Both the position numbers and the translations under genes were made by a program. A DNA stretch of 64,000 nucleotides from assembly GCA_964016885.1 (NCBI GenBank), contig OZ024742.1:282100001-282164000 (forward strand), in the 5' to 3' direction. Positions 42,448 to 53,807 of the stretch are shown in pieces. Origin of the DNA: Eledone cirrhosa. Its lineage: Eukaryota. Numbering within the stretch: the first letter of the stretch is position 1; each line of letters begins with the position of its first letter. The notes below the pieces were generated by a model. It was not told the origin of the DNA, ran no database searches, and saw only the letters and a program-made list of their open reading frames with translations.

Positions 42448-45156
42448 TTAATTGTAAGTTGTGATGTTGCTGTTCCACTCATATTTTCTATTTAATTTTG
42501 GTTTTAATTCTTTTATGCTTACTGGCTCTGTAATTTGCCTAAACATTGCGTCTTTCTTGTGTGTGGATTCTATTTTTATTTCTATGCTCTCTAATTTACC
42601 CCTGTGTTCTATCTTAGCATGTTGGTAGAGCACAGATGATTCTTTATTATCTTGGAGGTCTCGCCAGTGTTCATTTATTCGTTCCCCTATACTACGAGCT
42701 GTCTCACCTATGTACACTATATTTTTGTTTCTACATTGTCCTTCAGTACATCTTATGCTATATACTACATTTCTAGTTTTACAGTTAATATAGGGGCTTA
42801 TTTTACAGGTTATACATTTCTTATCTATACATGAGGGTCTTTGGAACGGGTATGTCTTGCTAATAAGTGTTTTTACGGAGGTACCAGGTCTTTCTACTAT
42901 CTTAATATTGAGATTATGTTTCTTTAGGGCCCTTCTAAATTTGTAGGCTAGTTCGCCTCTAGGGGTTGTATTGATGAACATTACACTCTGGTATTTATTG
43001 CTATCATACCATGAGTTTATTCTATTGGACTTGTTCTTAGTTCTTTCTATTCTATTCCAAAATTTGCTCCTATACAAGGGGCAGGTCCCATTTATGTCAT
43101 TATTTACCATTTTTTCCCATTTGGTTCTGGCTCCTTTATACACTCTGATTCTATCTCTCTGATTGTAGCCAGAGAACTGCATACGGTGGATGAAGTGTTG
43201 TATGTGTCTCTCTAGTTCTTCGGGGTTGCACATGCGGGACACATTTCTCATCACCCGTACCAAATCCGCAATCAGTATGTTGATTTGGGTGTGGTCCGAA
43301 ATGGCCGAGTTTCGGTGGATCAGATGTTTGGAAGTCATGGGTTTGGCATAATGGGAATGGAGGATTTGTTTTTGGTTGTTAATTGTATCTAACCAGAGCT
43401 CTGTGTCTAGTACAGGTAATCGATGGTTGGGGTGTCTACTTGGGTAGTCTATAGTAACTCTAATGCTCTGGTGGATGGAGTTTGCTATTTGCTGGATGCT
43501 TTCCATTGTGTTTTTCTCTAGTTCCTGACTGTTCTTTAGTGGGGGTGTCTTAACTACGATGTTTATATCATCTACGTAGCGGGAGTACATTATCAGGGTT
43601 AAGCTGTCTTCTAATTGTTCATTAAGTTTTCGTTTAAGTCTACTGTCCCACCATACCATGAATAAGTTAGCTATGTCGCCTGCAATGCTAACACCAATGG
43701 CTGCTCCTTCCTCTTGGGCATATGTTTTACCATTAAATTTGAACATATGTTCCTTAAGGGTTAATTTTATGCTGGCCCCTACCGCATGTGCAATCATTTT
43801 CTTCAGTTCATCGTGGTTTTCGGGTGTCCGTATGGCTCTGGTCCACCCGTTCCATCTATCTGTGTGGGTTTTCTTGGCCATTGAGGTAATGGTCGGTGGT
43901 CTGCCTCTTGCTGGTCTTGTAGGGCACAGGTTGCTAAGGTCATAAGTGTCTAGGTAACTATTACTATGGGTAAGCTTAAGTAGAAGTCCCAGCTCACTGG
44001 TATCAATCCCACGGAACTCAACCTTGCTCTCGCTGATCATTTCGACGCATTTCTCCACAGCAAAATCCACGTCAATAGATGGATACAGGGACACAACATC
44101 CATACTGCCTATTATGCAGTTTGTTAGGTCCCCAGATCGGTTACCCGCGCCGATTCTGCTGAGGAGGTCCTCCGTGCTGTCACACACATCTGGGGACATC
44201 TCAATGATGGGGCGTATGATCGGGGAGAGGAAGTAGGACAGTCTGTAGTTACTAGCAATGTTAGCCCCACAGACTGGCCGTGTTGGTGGTCCCGCGACAG
44301 GGTCCCAGCCCGTTTTATGGTCTTTTCGAAGCCCATACAACGCCGGCACGTCATTGTTCCAGGCCTGGAAGTTGTTGGCAGTCCTTTTGTTGGGCTGCAT
44401 TATATTTGTCCACATCACCATATGGGCATTGAGGGTTTTTTCTCTATCCTCATGCTCCTGTGGTGTTACCTCTCTTGTGTTAGTGATGTGGGGTTGCATT
44501 GCCTGGATGTAGTTTGGCAGGCTGTCAACCGACATTCTGCCAGACTTGTCTGTTGGAAAGCATGCTATCTCTCCATTACGCGAGCGCTGCATGAGCTTAC
44601 GCAAGCCATTTGCAGATTCTTCTCCCAGTTGCTGGGCCTCTATTCTATTATGCTTTTTGCTATACTGTTCTATAATATTTCTAAGTTCGGATTTAGCTAT
44701 ACTAAATTGTGCTTCTGTTTGTTCATCGACCTGCGACGGCAACTGCGTGCGTTTGTTAAATGGCAAAGTCGTGGCATGGACTCGTCGTAGGTCGAATGAT
44801 TTATCGGAGGCGTTATAAAACGGAGAGTTCCAGGCTGCTGCTTTATGTGTAATAGTGCTATTGTTATTGTTGGTTGTGTTGTTTCTATTTCCACTAACAG
44901 CAGCAGCCTCAGCTTCATGGTTGTTTCTATGTCTCTCATAATTACTCCTGTCTCTTTCCACTGGCTCGATGTTGTTATCTACCCTATTTTGTGTGTCTGT
45001 GTGTTCGTCTTGGTTATTCTCTTTGTCCTTAGTCTCCCATCTCCTTTTCCTTTTAATCCTATTACTTTCTCTTATTTCTCTGATTTCTGTGCTACTGTCA
45101 TTACTTGTTTTCTGTGTCTGTGTGTTTGTTAAGATTGTGGTGGTGGTGAGAGGCAT
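42448..45156 (-). CDS. PLE reverse transcriptase + GIY-YIG endonuclease (C-terminal 902 aa of a longer, frameshifted ORF)
   Basis: TDKSG, LYGLRKDHK, RPV, SMDVVSLYPSI, QEEGAAIG, RYVDD, LPVLD; Cys linker; VVY..YIGET..H..H..PKLN. Confidence 0.95.
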   Translation of the reverse strand: MPLTTTTILTNTQTQKTSNDSSTEIREIRESNRIKRKRRWETKDKENNQDEHTDTQNRVDNNIEPVERDRSNYERHRNNHEAEAAAVSGNRNNTTNNNNSTITHKAAAWNSPFYNASDKSFDLRRVHATTLPFNKRTQLPSQVDEQTEAQFSIAKSELRNIIEQYSKKHNRIEAQQLGEESANGLRKLMQRSRNGEIACFPTDKSGRMSVDSLPNYIQAMQPHITNTREVTPQEHEDREKTLNAHMVMWTNIMQPNKRTANNFQAWNNDVPALYGLRKDHKTGWDPVAGPPTRPVCGANIASNYRLSYFLSPIIRPIIEMSPDVCDSTEDLLSRIGAGNRSGDLTNCIIGSMDVVSLYPSIDVDFAVEKCVEMISESKVEFRGIDTSELGLLLKLTHSNSYLDTYDLSNLCPTRPARGRPPTITSMAKKTHTDRWNGWTRAIRTPENHDELKKMIAHAVGASIKLTLKEHMFKFNGKTYAQEEGAAIGVSIAGDIANLFMVWWDSRLKRKLNEQLEDSLTLIMYSRYVDDINIVVKTPPLKNSQELEKNTMESIQQIANSIHQSIRVTIDYPSRHPNHRLPVLDTELWLDTINNQKQILHSHYAKPMTSKHLIHRNSAISDHTQINILIADLVRVMRNVSRMCNPEELERHIQHFIHRMQFSGYNQRDRIRVYKGARTKWEKMVNNDINGTCPLYRSKFWNRIERTKNKSNRINSWYDSNKYQSVMFINTTPRGELAYKFRRALKKHNLNIKIVERPGTSVKTLISKTYPFQRPSCIDKKCITCKISPYINCKTRNVVYSIRCTEGQCRNKNIVYIGETARSIGERINEHWRDLQDNKESSVLYQHAKIEHRGKLESIEIKIESTHKKDAMFRQITEPVSIKELKPKLNRKYEWNSNITTYN

Positions 45157-46262
45157 TGAATGCGTGTGTGTTGTTGTTGTTGATGTGTGTTGTTGTTGAT
45201 GTGTGTTGTTGTTGATGTGTGTTGTTGTTGATGTGTGTTGTTGTTGTCTCCGTGTGTGTGTGTGTTATCGTTGTTGTGTGTGTTGTTATTGTTGTTTGGG
45301 TTTGCGTGTCTGTTGTTGTTGTATCTGGGTATGTTGCTATTGTTGTTGTTGTTGATGTGTGTGTTGTTGTTATTGTTGTCTCCGTGTGTGTTGTTATTGT
45401 TGTTTGTGTCTGCGTGTCTGTTGTATCTGGGTATGTTGCTATTGTTGTTGTTGTATCTGGGTATGTTGCTATTGTTGTTGTTATTGTTGTTTGTGTCTGT
45501 GTGTCTGTTGTTGTTGGGATGTGTGTTGTATATGTGTGTGCGTATATTGTTGCTTTTGTTTTTGTTTTTGATGCTCCAGCGTAGTTTCGTAAATGATTTT
45601 TCTATTTCTGACAGACAACTAATCATATTTACCTTCTTGAATGTCGCAAATTTGGGTGGCAGACGTAACACAGACATTTCATTATTATCTATTTCCGTGT
45701 TTCCATAAATGTTGGTATTTTCATTGTTGAACTCTTCAGATAATGAGGTGTCGGCCATGTTGATACCGTCAATTTTGTCGGGATATCTATTGGTATACTC
45801 TATAGTATCCCGATTTAGCTTTGCCTGTTTAAGCCACTTTAATTTTCTGTTAAAGTGCTTATTACATTCTTGAGTAATGTACTGTTCTTCGGGGCGTATA
45901 AGGCTTATAAATGTTAGTTTTTCTGCTGGTGTGGTGATTTTAGATATTTCTTGTATTAGGTTACGCTTTAGTTTTTCTTGATGACTTAATTCTCTATAGA
46001 TTCTTCTTTTTTATGTTTAGAATTAAAGTTCGTTTTAGCCTATCTGCTTGTTTTTTGGTGAGTTGTAATCTTCTAACGTCGGTATTGATGGTGTTGGTGT
46101 AGATTCTAGAAGTGGTGCACAGTTTTATGAAGCGTAGTTGTCGAGATGTTATGGTTTTTCGTAGACAACAGAACATGGTGGTTTTCAGTATCTTGTTAGC
46201 CTGGCTAAGGCTTACGATATTTCGTTTCTGAATTTGTTTAGCAAGATTCTTTATCTGAAACC
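45129..46262 (-). pseudogene. N-terminal part of the same PLE ORF, broken by frameshifts
   Basis: LRLPPKFA..EIEKSFTKLRW block; shifts at the T run near 46007-46012 and in the Asn-rich repeats near 45160-45245. Confidence 0.7.
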
Positions 46263-46435
46263 GTTTGTTGAAACCGATATTGTTATACTTTGGGAGGGTC
46301 ATGTTGCCAATAAGAAACACACGCACCAGTTGCTTTCACTTCAATTTAATTTATTATATATTTATAAATTTACAAATTTATAAATTTCTGGTTGGTTGGT
46401 TGGTTCCACAACCAGATAGTTGTTTATATATATAT

Positions 46436-46480
46436 AGTCATAGTTCTTTCGTCACACACTCTGTGACCTCTTCAGTGACT
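46436..46480 (-). ncRNA. Minimal hammerhead, 5' pLTR
   Basis: Identical to 42098-42142. Confidence 0.85.
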
Positions 46481-47068
46481 GGGGATTTCTTTCTTCGTTT
46501 CTGTGCCTTTCCTTTCTTCTATCCTACGCCATTTTGTTTGTGTGTGGGTTGCGTGCTCAGTTTGCGCATGCGCCACATCCGGGTGTCTGTGTGTGTTTGT
46601 GTTCATTTTTCTATTTTTCTATTTATATTTTTCTATTTGTTTGCTTATTTATTTATTTATTGTTGGTTGGTTGTTTGTTCTATGTGTGTGTGTGTTTTCA
46701 TTTTGTCTTGTGTGTGTTTTCATTTTGTGTGTGTTTTCAATAGAATCCACACACAAGAAAGACGCAATGTTTAGGCAAATTACAGAGGCAGTAAGCATAA
46801 AAGAATTAAAACCAAAATTAAATAGAAAATATGAGTGGAACAGCAACATCACAACTTACAATTAAGGACAAAATGAAAACACACACACACATAGAACAAA
46901 CAACTTACAATTGAAAACACACACAAAATGAAAACACACACAAGACAAAATGAAAACACACACACACATAGAACAAACAACCAACCAACAATAAATAAAT
47001 AAATAAACAAACAAATAGAAAAATATAAATAGAAAAATAGAAAAATGAACACAAACACACACAGACAC

Positions 47069-47124
47069 CCGGATGTGGCGCATGCGCAAACTGAGCACGC
47101 AACCCACACACAAACAAAATGGCG
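47069..47124 (+). promoter_or_regulatory. Putative pLTR promoter cassette: ETS-like, NRF1-like and YY1-like sites
   Basis: CCGGATGT 47069-47076, GCGCATGCGCA 47078-47088, AAAATGGCG 47116-47124; the last two are conserved at 25087 and 25162. Confidence 0.45.
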
Positions 47125-47170
47125 TAGGATAGAAGAAAGGAAAGGCACAGAAACGAAGAAAGAAATCCCC

Positions 47171-47215
47171 AGTCACTGAAGAGGTCACAGAGTGTGTGAC
47201 GAAAGAACTATGACT
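47171..47215 (+). ncRNA. Minimal hammerhead, inverted pLTR
   Basis: Identical to 42098-42142 on the opposite strand. Confidence 0.85.
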
Positions 47216-47430
47216 ATATATATATAAATAACTATCTGGTTGTGGAACCAACCAACCAACCAGAAATTTATAAATTTGTAAATTTATAAATATATAATAA
47301 ATTAAATTGAAGTGAAAGCAACTGGTGCGTGTGTTTCTTATTGGCAACATGACCCTCCCAAAGTATAACAATATCGGTTTCAACACACGGTTTCAGATAA
47401 AGAATCTTGCTAAACAAATTCAGAAACGAG

Positions 47431-47461
<31 letters not shown>

Positions 47462-47463
47462 AT

Positions 47464-47655
47464 CAGGTGACTCTTGAGTGTTACTGGTAACATGTAAACC
47501 AGTAGAACCTGTCGCATGGTCGGGTCGTCGGCGACTAAACTGGCAACCCCACCAAGTTTACTTGTTGAGGAGGGTGATTTTGGACACCCTGCAGGACAAA
47601 AAAACAAAACCTGACAAAGGGCGGAAGAACTGATAAGAGTCAACGGCCACCCAAA
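47464..47655 (+). mobile_element. RTE 5' leader fragment (homologous to 6975-7165)
   Basis: Shared tactggtaacatgta..ccagta..catggtcgggtcg..ggcgactaaactggcaaccc. Confidence 0.7.
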
Positions 47656-47716
47656 AATGTATAAATATGTATATACACATGTACATATGTATGTGTATAT
47701 AAAAACATGTGTATAT

Positions 47717-48403
47717 GCCTGGGGTGTCAGGGAGGGGCATGTAACTCTGTAGAGGGGGGGGGGGGCTAGCCATGCCCTTTTCAGGACAGCTCGTCCTGCA
47801 TTGGGTCCCACCTGACACTCAGCTATCACCTGTGGCTCCAAGAAGCTGTGGCATGGGACAGCGGCCACACCCTGGTAAACTGCCTTTGCTGGCGGGCCGA
47901 ACCAGGTTAAGGGTAGCCGGACGGGTGTGAAACCCCTCGGTGAGTTAGATAGGGGATGCCTGCCCCTGCATCTGAAGACTGGACCCGGTGGAGTGAGTGG
48001 AGGAGGACAACATCGTCCCAACAGTCATGAAGGCGGCGACAGCAAGCGGTATGGAACGCTAGGGCACGGCAAGGCACTACAGACGTCGTGGCCATCCACT
48101 GCAGCCAAGGAAGTCCCTGGTCGTGACGGTCTTCCGTACCACCGGATTCTGTCTTCTGCGGATGAGTGAGTGGGACCGTCACTGTGCACTGGCCCTCCCA
48201 CTATAAACCTTTCCCGCACAGGTTACTTCTTTAGCGTGCACTCCCAAAGCCCTGCGGCGATGGGCGAGAGGCGGAGGTAACAGCCCCCACTGTCCCCGGA
48301 CCTGCAAGTCAAGGATCGGCCTCCACAGCCACCTTCGTGCCTATGGCAGACGAGAACTAAAATAAAGAAGATGCTATCATCGTTTACGATGGACAACCAA
48401 GGT
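47717..48403 (+). mobile_element. Internally deleted RTE derivative (GC-rich 5' UTR + 3' end)
   Basis: 3' part encodes HCPRTCKSRIGLHSHLRA, then a short 3' UTR with atcgtttacgat hairpin; no EN or RT in between. Confidence 0.7.
47721..47907 (+). ncRNA. Candidate HDV-like ribozyme
   Basis: P1 GGGGTGT/ACACCCT, P2 ACCTG/CAGGT, P3 GGC/GCC, L3 starting TCC, GG after P1, P4 ctgcc/ggcgg, J4/2 gccgaa. Confidence 0.45.
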
Positions 48404-48661
48404 ATATATATAGTGATTTATACGTTCGTGTTCTTCTGTGTGTGTAACAACCTATATTTTAATATTTTGAATTTACTTTAAGGCTATTCCATATTATTAG
48501 CTGCGAAGCATTAAAGTTGTTATTTCATCTAGTGTTCAGCTATTAAATCTTAGAATAACAGACTTGAAATCAGCTGTAGATGTAAAACTTTTGTACAGTG
48601 TCCTACCAAATAAACGACTTGGATCTAAACCAATATTTCCCTATTTATAATTTTTCAATAT

Positions 48662-49151
48662 AACATTATTTTAGATCTACTTGAAAGTATTGAGCATTAT
48701 GACAAATGTATATTTTGAGATGTATTTTGTATTCGTGTATTAATTTCTATAGTAAATGTTGGTTTTCGAAGACGCGTGTTCCAGTTGTTTAATCAACCAA
48801 AGTGCCCACTCATTGTATTACAGGTACAGTCAATCCGAAGAGCTTTTACAGATTTTCCGTTCGTTTGTGTTGAGCTGTGTGTATGTACACCTGGAAAATT
48901 TGTTTTATTGGAATCACCTTCATCTTGCTTGCGCTCTGAATCCATTTCACATAAAAGCTACACAGATAAAAATACAAGAAGATACGGATATATTTAGGGG
49001 TTACACAGTTTGGTGCTTTTTGAAAGGTATGCTAAACAAATGAAAAAATTCACTTCACCACCAACATTATTTTAAATCTACTTGACAGTATTGAGCATTA
49101 CGACAAATGTATATTTTGAGATGTATTTTGTATTCGTATATTGATTTCTAG
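48662..49151 (+). repeat. ~400-bp unit with ~88-bp terminal redundancy
   Basis: 48662-48750 is repeated at 49063-49151; the interior recurs at 34400-34702. Confidence 0.8.
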
Positions 49152-49169
49152 GTTATTAGCCTACTAAAG

Positions 49170-50107
49170 TAGAGGTTCTCAAAATCACCTCCTCCCTCAG
49201 GGCCACGTAATACCCTTAGCACCCTCCATCCCTATTTCCAGAGAGACCTGCCTACACGCAAATTGTAAATAATATATGATAAATAAAATCGTTAATTCAT
49301 ATATAACTAGCAGAATGGCCCGGCGTTGCTCGGGATTTGCTCTAGGGTTCTTATATATTTGATATATATTTATCCTTATCGAGCTTCGTGAAATAAATAC
49401 GTTGCTTATATTTTGTTATTGTGTATGAAAAAATATCTGTACACGAATATATAATTATATATATATATATATTAAAATAACAGATTAAAGTTCAAGCAAA
49501 GAATCGCTGCTTTCACCCTTAACGGGATCTTCTGAAACTAAAAAAATCAATCTGTGAACGCAGAAATAAATATTTCGAAAAACGTTACACACTATATACA
49601 CACACACAGCGTCATAATGTCGTAATGCAGACAGTCAGACATACAGACAGATATTATAAGGGCGCAACGTTATATCTATGTATCTATCTAAAAAGAAAGA
49701 CTAAGAATTATAGAGAGAGATCGCTAAATCGCCTAATGCGTTCCCTAGAGCATTGAAAATTTGAATTTTTTTTTCTTAAAACACTCACAGAACCATAAGT
49801 ATTACATGTGTAAAGTTTGAAAACAATCGGTTGGGTGGTTCTCGAGGTTTAGGGAGCTGACAGACAGACAGACATTCTCTGTTTTAGATATATAGATAAA
49901 TAATATAATATATACTATGAATAAATAAATATTATATATTTTTTATTTTACTATATTTATATATAATATGTATCATTTGATATTCAATATACTATTATAT
50001 GATATCTAACCCCCATTCCCCCCTTAGGCTCAAGCACCCCTCTGGACCTTCTCAATGCCCCCCCCCCCCCCCCGAGGGAGCGGTAGCGCCCACTTTGAAA
50101 ACCTCTG
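49170..50107. mobile_element. hAT (Charlie-like) MITE
   Basis: TIRs tagaggttctcaaa / tttgaaaacctctg; 8-bp TSD tactaaag (49162-49169) / tactagag (50108-50115). Confidence 0.75.
49307..49896 (-). mobile_element. Non-autonomous Helitron nested in the hAT MITE
   Basis: Minus strand A|TCTATATATCTAAAAC..; 3' hairpin cccgagc-aac-gccggg then CTAG|T. Confidence 0.8.
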
Positions 50108-51101
50108 TACTAGAGCAATCTCTACTATATATAGCAAGGTGGGGGAATCCTGTCTACGTAGGGAGTGTTTGTATGAAAGAATTGCGTGTACAAATGGATT
50201 ATTTATATAAAGGAATATTAAACATAGAGGAATGTTATGTACTTGGAAATCTCATGTGAATATCACTTCGGGTGATTGAAAATTTCGTAAAGTGAATGAA
50301 TTTAGTTGAGAAATATGAGCTGTTGATGAATATGTAGATCACCCTCTGACGATATTGTTACGTACGCAAAAATTCGAAATTTATTGAAATATGCCCTTTA
50401 GTTGGGGAAAGAAAATAATGCCCGAGCGGCAATTGTTAGCAACCCTCGAAGGAAAAGGGAGATAATTGCAAAGAATTAAGAATTATATTCCGAAAAAAAT
50501 TTATTCTCATGCTGACTGAAAATACATGATCTTTGTTAGTAGGCAACATGGCGACTATGAGCACGTTCTTCTAAAGCCTGTTAGAGATTTTTACAAATAG
50601 AGAAAGTGTTACGAACAATTTAGGACAGAGTAATTTTCGTAATTCTAAAATTTGGGCTGAAAGAAATAACTGAGGTGGGGCCGATGGCATCAATTTATAT
50701 AATTCTGGTACATCGTGATGTACTTATGATATATGCAATACATTTTCAGTGAATTGATATATGCCGTTTAGTTAGAGAAAAGAAACAAACACCTGGTAGC
50801 AATTATTAGTAACTCTCAATGAATCGGAGAGACAATTTCGAGTAATTTAGGATTAATTTCATAAAATGTAATTTTAAAGCTTAGAGGGCAAAATAAAGAA
50901 AGGTAACAGTCGTGTTTGATTACACCAGTGTTGGCGGAGTCGAGATTGGGCAGAATTCTATCATCGCTTAGAGATCTGTATGTGCGCATGTACTTATGTA
51001 TATATGCTTAATTGCGTATATGTGCAGTGTGTTGAGTGTGTAATATGTGTGCAAGTATGTATATGTTCCGTTGAATGTGTAATTTCTGAATGTCTATTTA
51101 C

Positions 51102-51183
<82 letters not shown>

Positions 51184-51267
51184 TCTCTGCTTCTCCACAT
51201 CTCTCTCTTTCTCTCTCTCTCTTTCTCTCCTCTCTCTCCCTTTCTTTCCATCTCTTCCCCTGTCTCC

Positions 51268-51310
<43 letters not shown>

Positions 51311-51365
51311 CATCTCTCTCTTTCTCCCCCTCTCGCTCTCTCTCTCTCTCTCTCACACACACACG

Positions 51366-51412
<47 letters not shown>

Positions 51413-51454
51413 ATATATTAACAAATGGAAACTATATTTATAAAACCATATTTA

Positions 51455-51515
51455 TTTCATTATACATATTTCAAGGACACCAAGTTAAATTATGGTGGGC
51501 TTTCATCAGATAAAA
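51455..51515 (-). ncRNA. Type I hammerhead in TA-flanked fragment (51410-51607)
   Basis: Minus strand tttat-CTGATGA-aag-cc-cacca..tggtg-tc-ctt-GAAATA-tg-TATA-atgaa. Confidence 0.7.
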
Positions 51516-51603
51516 TATAATATAGATCAGTTTTATAAATAAATATTGACATACCCTTAAAGAATGCAACCTTCACGGTTGGAGTTTCCCGGTTGGAGTC
51601 TCC

Positions 51604-51703
<100 letters not shown>

Positions 51704-52122
51704 ATATGACGTCCATCCTGACACGCACATACACACACACACACACATGCATCATACACACATACTTACGTTTGAGTTTAAAGACATGAAGAGTATTCAA
51801 TACAATACAGAGTAAATATTTATTATAGAGTTGCTATTATTCCTCACTCTCTGTTACGACGTAGAGTTTCACAAACGATTGTTTTTTACGTAAGCAGTTG
51901 CGTCATTGGCGTTAATCAGCACAGCTTGGTAGTTATGGAGAGGGAGGGAGCGCAATTAAGACTCAATCAACCAAGTATATATTATATATGTGTCTGTGTG
52001 TGTGTCTATGTGTGTGACATTACGAAATCAGTTACGTCACCATCAATAATCACTGAAACTAAATGGTAATTGAGAGAATGGGGCAAAATTTCAAGTCCCA
52101 ATCAACCCACCATGTATTATAA

Positions 52123-52169
<47 letters not shown>

Positions 52170-52363
52170 GTATGTATATGTGTGCGTGTGTGTAAGTATG
52201 TCTGTGTGTGTGTGTGAAGGAAGTTCTGTAATTTGGGAAATATCTCTGGAGGCGATGTGTCTAAATGGTAGTGATTTACTTAAAGACATCCGACAGCTAA
52301 CTAGAACTGATGCTGTAGGAGGGAAGAGCAAAGTAAGAGACATAGGAAAAGGCAGATAGAGAT

Positions 52364-52419
<56 letters not shown>

Positions 52420-52447
52420 AGAGGGGGGAGAGAGGGAGAGAGAGAGA

Positions 52448-52529
<82 letters not shown>

Positions 52530-52535
52530 GTGTGT

Positions 52536-52566
<31 letters not shown>

Positions 52567-52764
52567 AGGCAAGAAACAAATGTTTAAGCTCCAAGGAAAA
52601 ATCAGTGGGTATGAATACCAGAAATGACAGGTTTGAGAAGATAGGGGTTTAAAGAGGAGAGGATATAGTAAGCGGGAAGGGATGAGGTGGGGGGGGGGGG
52701 CAGCCTTAAAGATATATTGAGAGGAAATATGAAAAGTCAAAGAGGGTGGGAAAGAGAAGAGTGA

Positions 52765-52832
<68 letters not shown>

Positions 52833-53077
52833 AGAAAGAAAGAGAGAAAGAGAAAAAGAGAGAAAGAAAGAAAAAAGAAAAAAGAAATAAAGAAAGGAAG
52901 AAAGCAAGAAAGAAAGAAAACAAAGAAAACAAAGGAAAAAAAGGAAAGAAAAGAAAGAAAGAAACAAAAGAAAGGAAGATGAGAGATAGATAAGAGATAA
53001 ATAAGAGAGAGATAGTTTCAAAGAAAAACAGAAGATTAGAGATAAATAAGAGAGAGGGAGAGAGAGAGAGAGAGAGC

Positions 53078-53128
<51 letters not shown>

Positions 53129-53336
53129 TAGTGTAGAGAATAATTGAAATTTAATGAAAAGCAGATTTTACATGACACAGAGTAAGGGAGAGAATAAAAT
53201 AGACAGAGCCTGAGAGAACGAGAGAGAGAGAGAGAGAGAAAGAGAGAGGGGGAGGGGGAGAGAGAAATTTAAAGAAAAGGGTAATTATTAGTAAGAGAGA
53301 GAGAGTGAGAAGAAAGAGATTAAAAGATATAGAGAA

Positions 53337-53765
53337 ATAATTGTTTCTATTTTTAACCAAGGCCAGCACTTTGAAAGGAAGGGAAAATTCAATTCAGTTG
53401 AGCCCCAGTTCGTTACTGACACATTATCAACCTCGGTGGGATTTGAGCTCAATGTTGTTCGACGCTCTACCGATACTGCCAATCCACTGCCCTAGTTTAG
53501 ACTAATAATGAGAAATAGAGAATTATCAAGAGTAGATATAATGGTTTCTAATTTAGGCACAAGGCCGGCAATTTTGGGGGTGGGTGGGTGTGGAGGTGGG
53601 TAGTAGATTAAATCGACCCGAGTGCGCGACTGGTACTTTATTTTATCGACCCTGCAAGGATGAAAGGCAAATCTAATCTCGGCGGGATTTGAACTCGGAA
53701 CGTAAAGGGGCGCAACTCTATGCTACGAAACAGAGTGTCCAACGCTTTACTAATACTGCCAATCC
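53337..53765 (-). mobile_element. Two tandem SINE copies
   Basis: Consensus matches at 53337-53492 and 53540-53765. Confidence 0.8.
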
Positions 53766-53767
53766 TC

Positions 53768-53807
<40 letters not shown>

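Larger units (their letters stand above)
41939..47430 (-). mobile_element. Young near-full-length Penelope-like element (Neptune/Nematis-like architecture) with direct and inverted pseudo-LTRs
   Basis: Direct repeats 41939-42402 and 46277-46740; inverted copy 46741-47430 with a ~55-nt extension; TA tracts at both ends. Confidence 0.95.

Noticed and set aside
41900-42464. Hydrophobic 170-183-aa ORFs repeated three times
   Set aside because: Antisense read-through of the T/G-rich pLTR; repeated only because the pLTR is.
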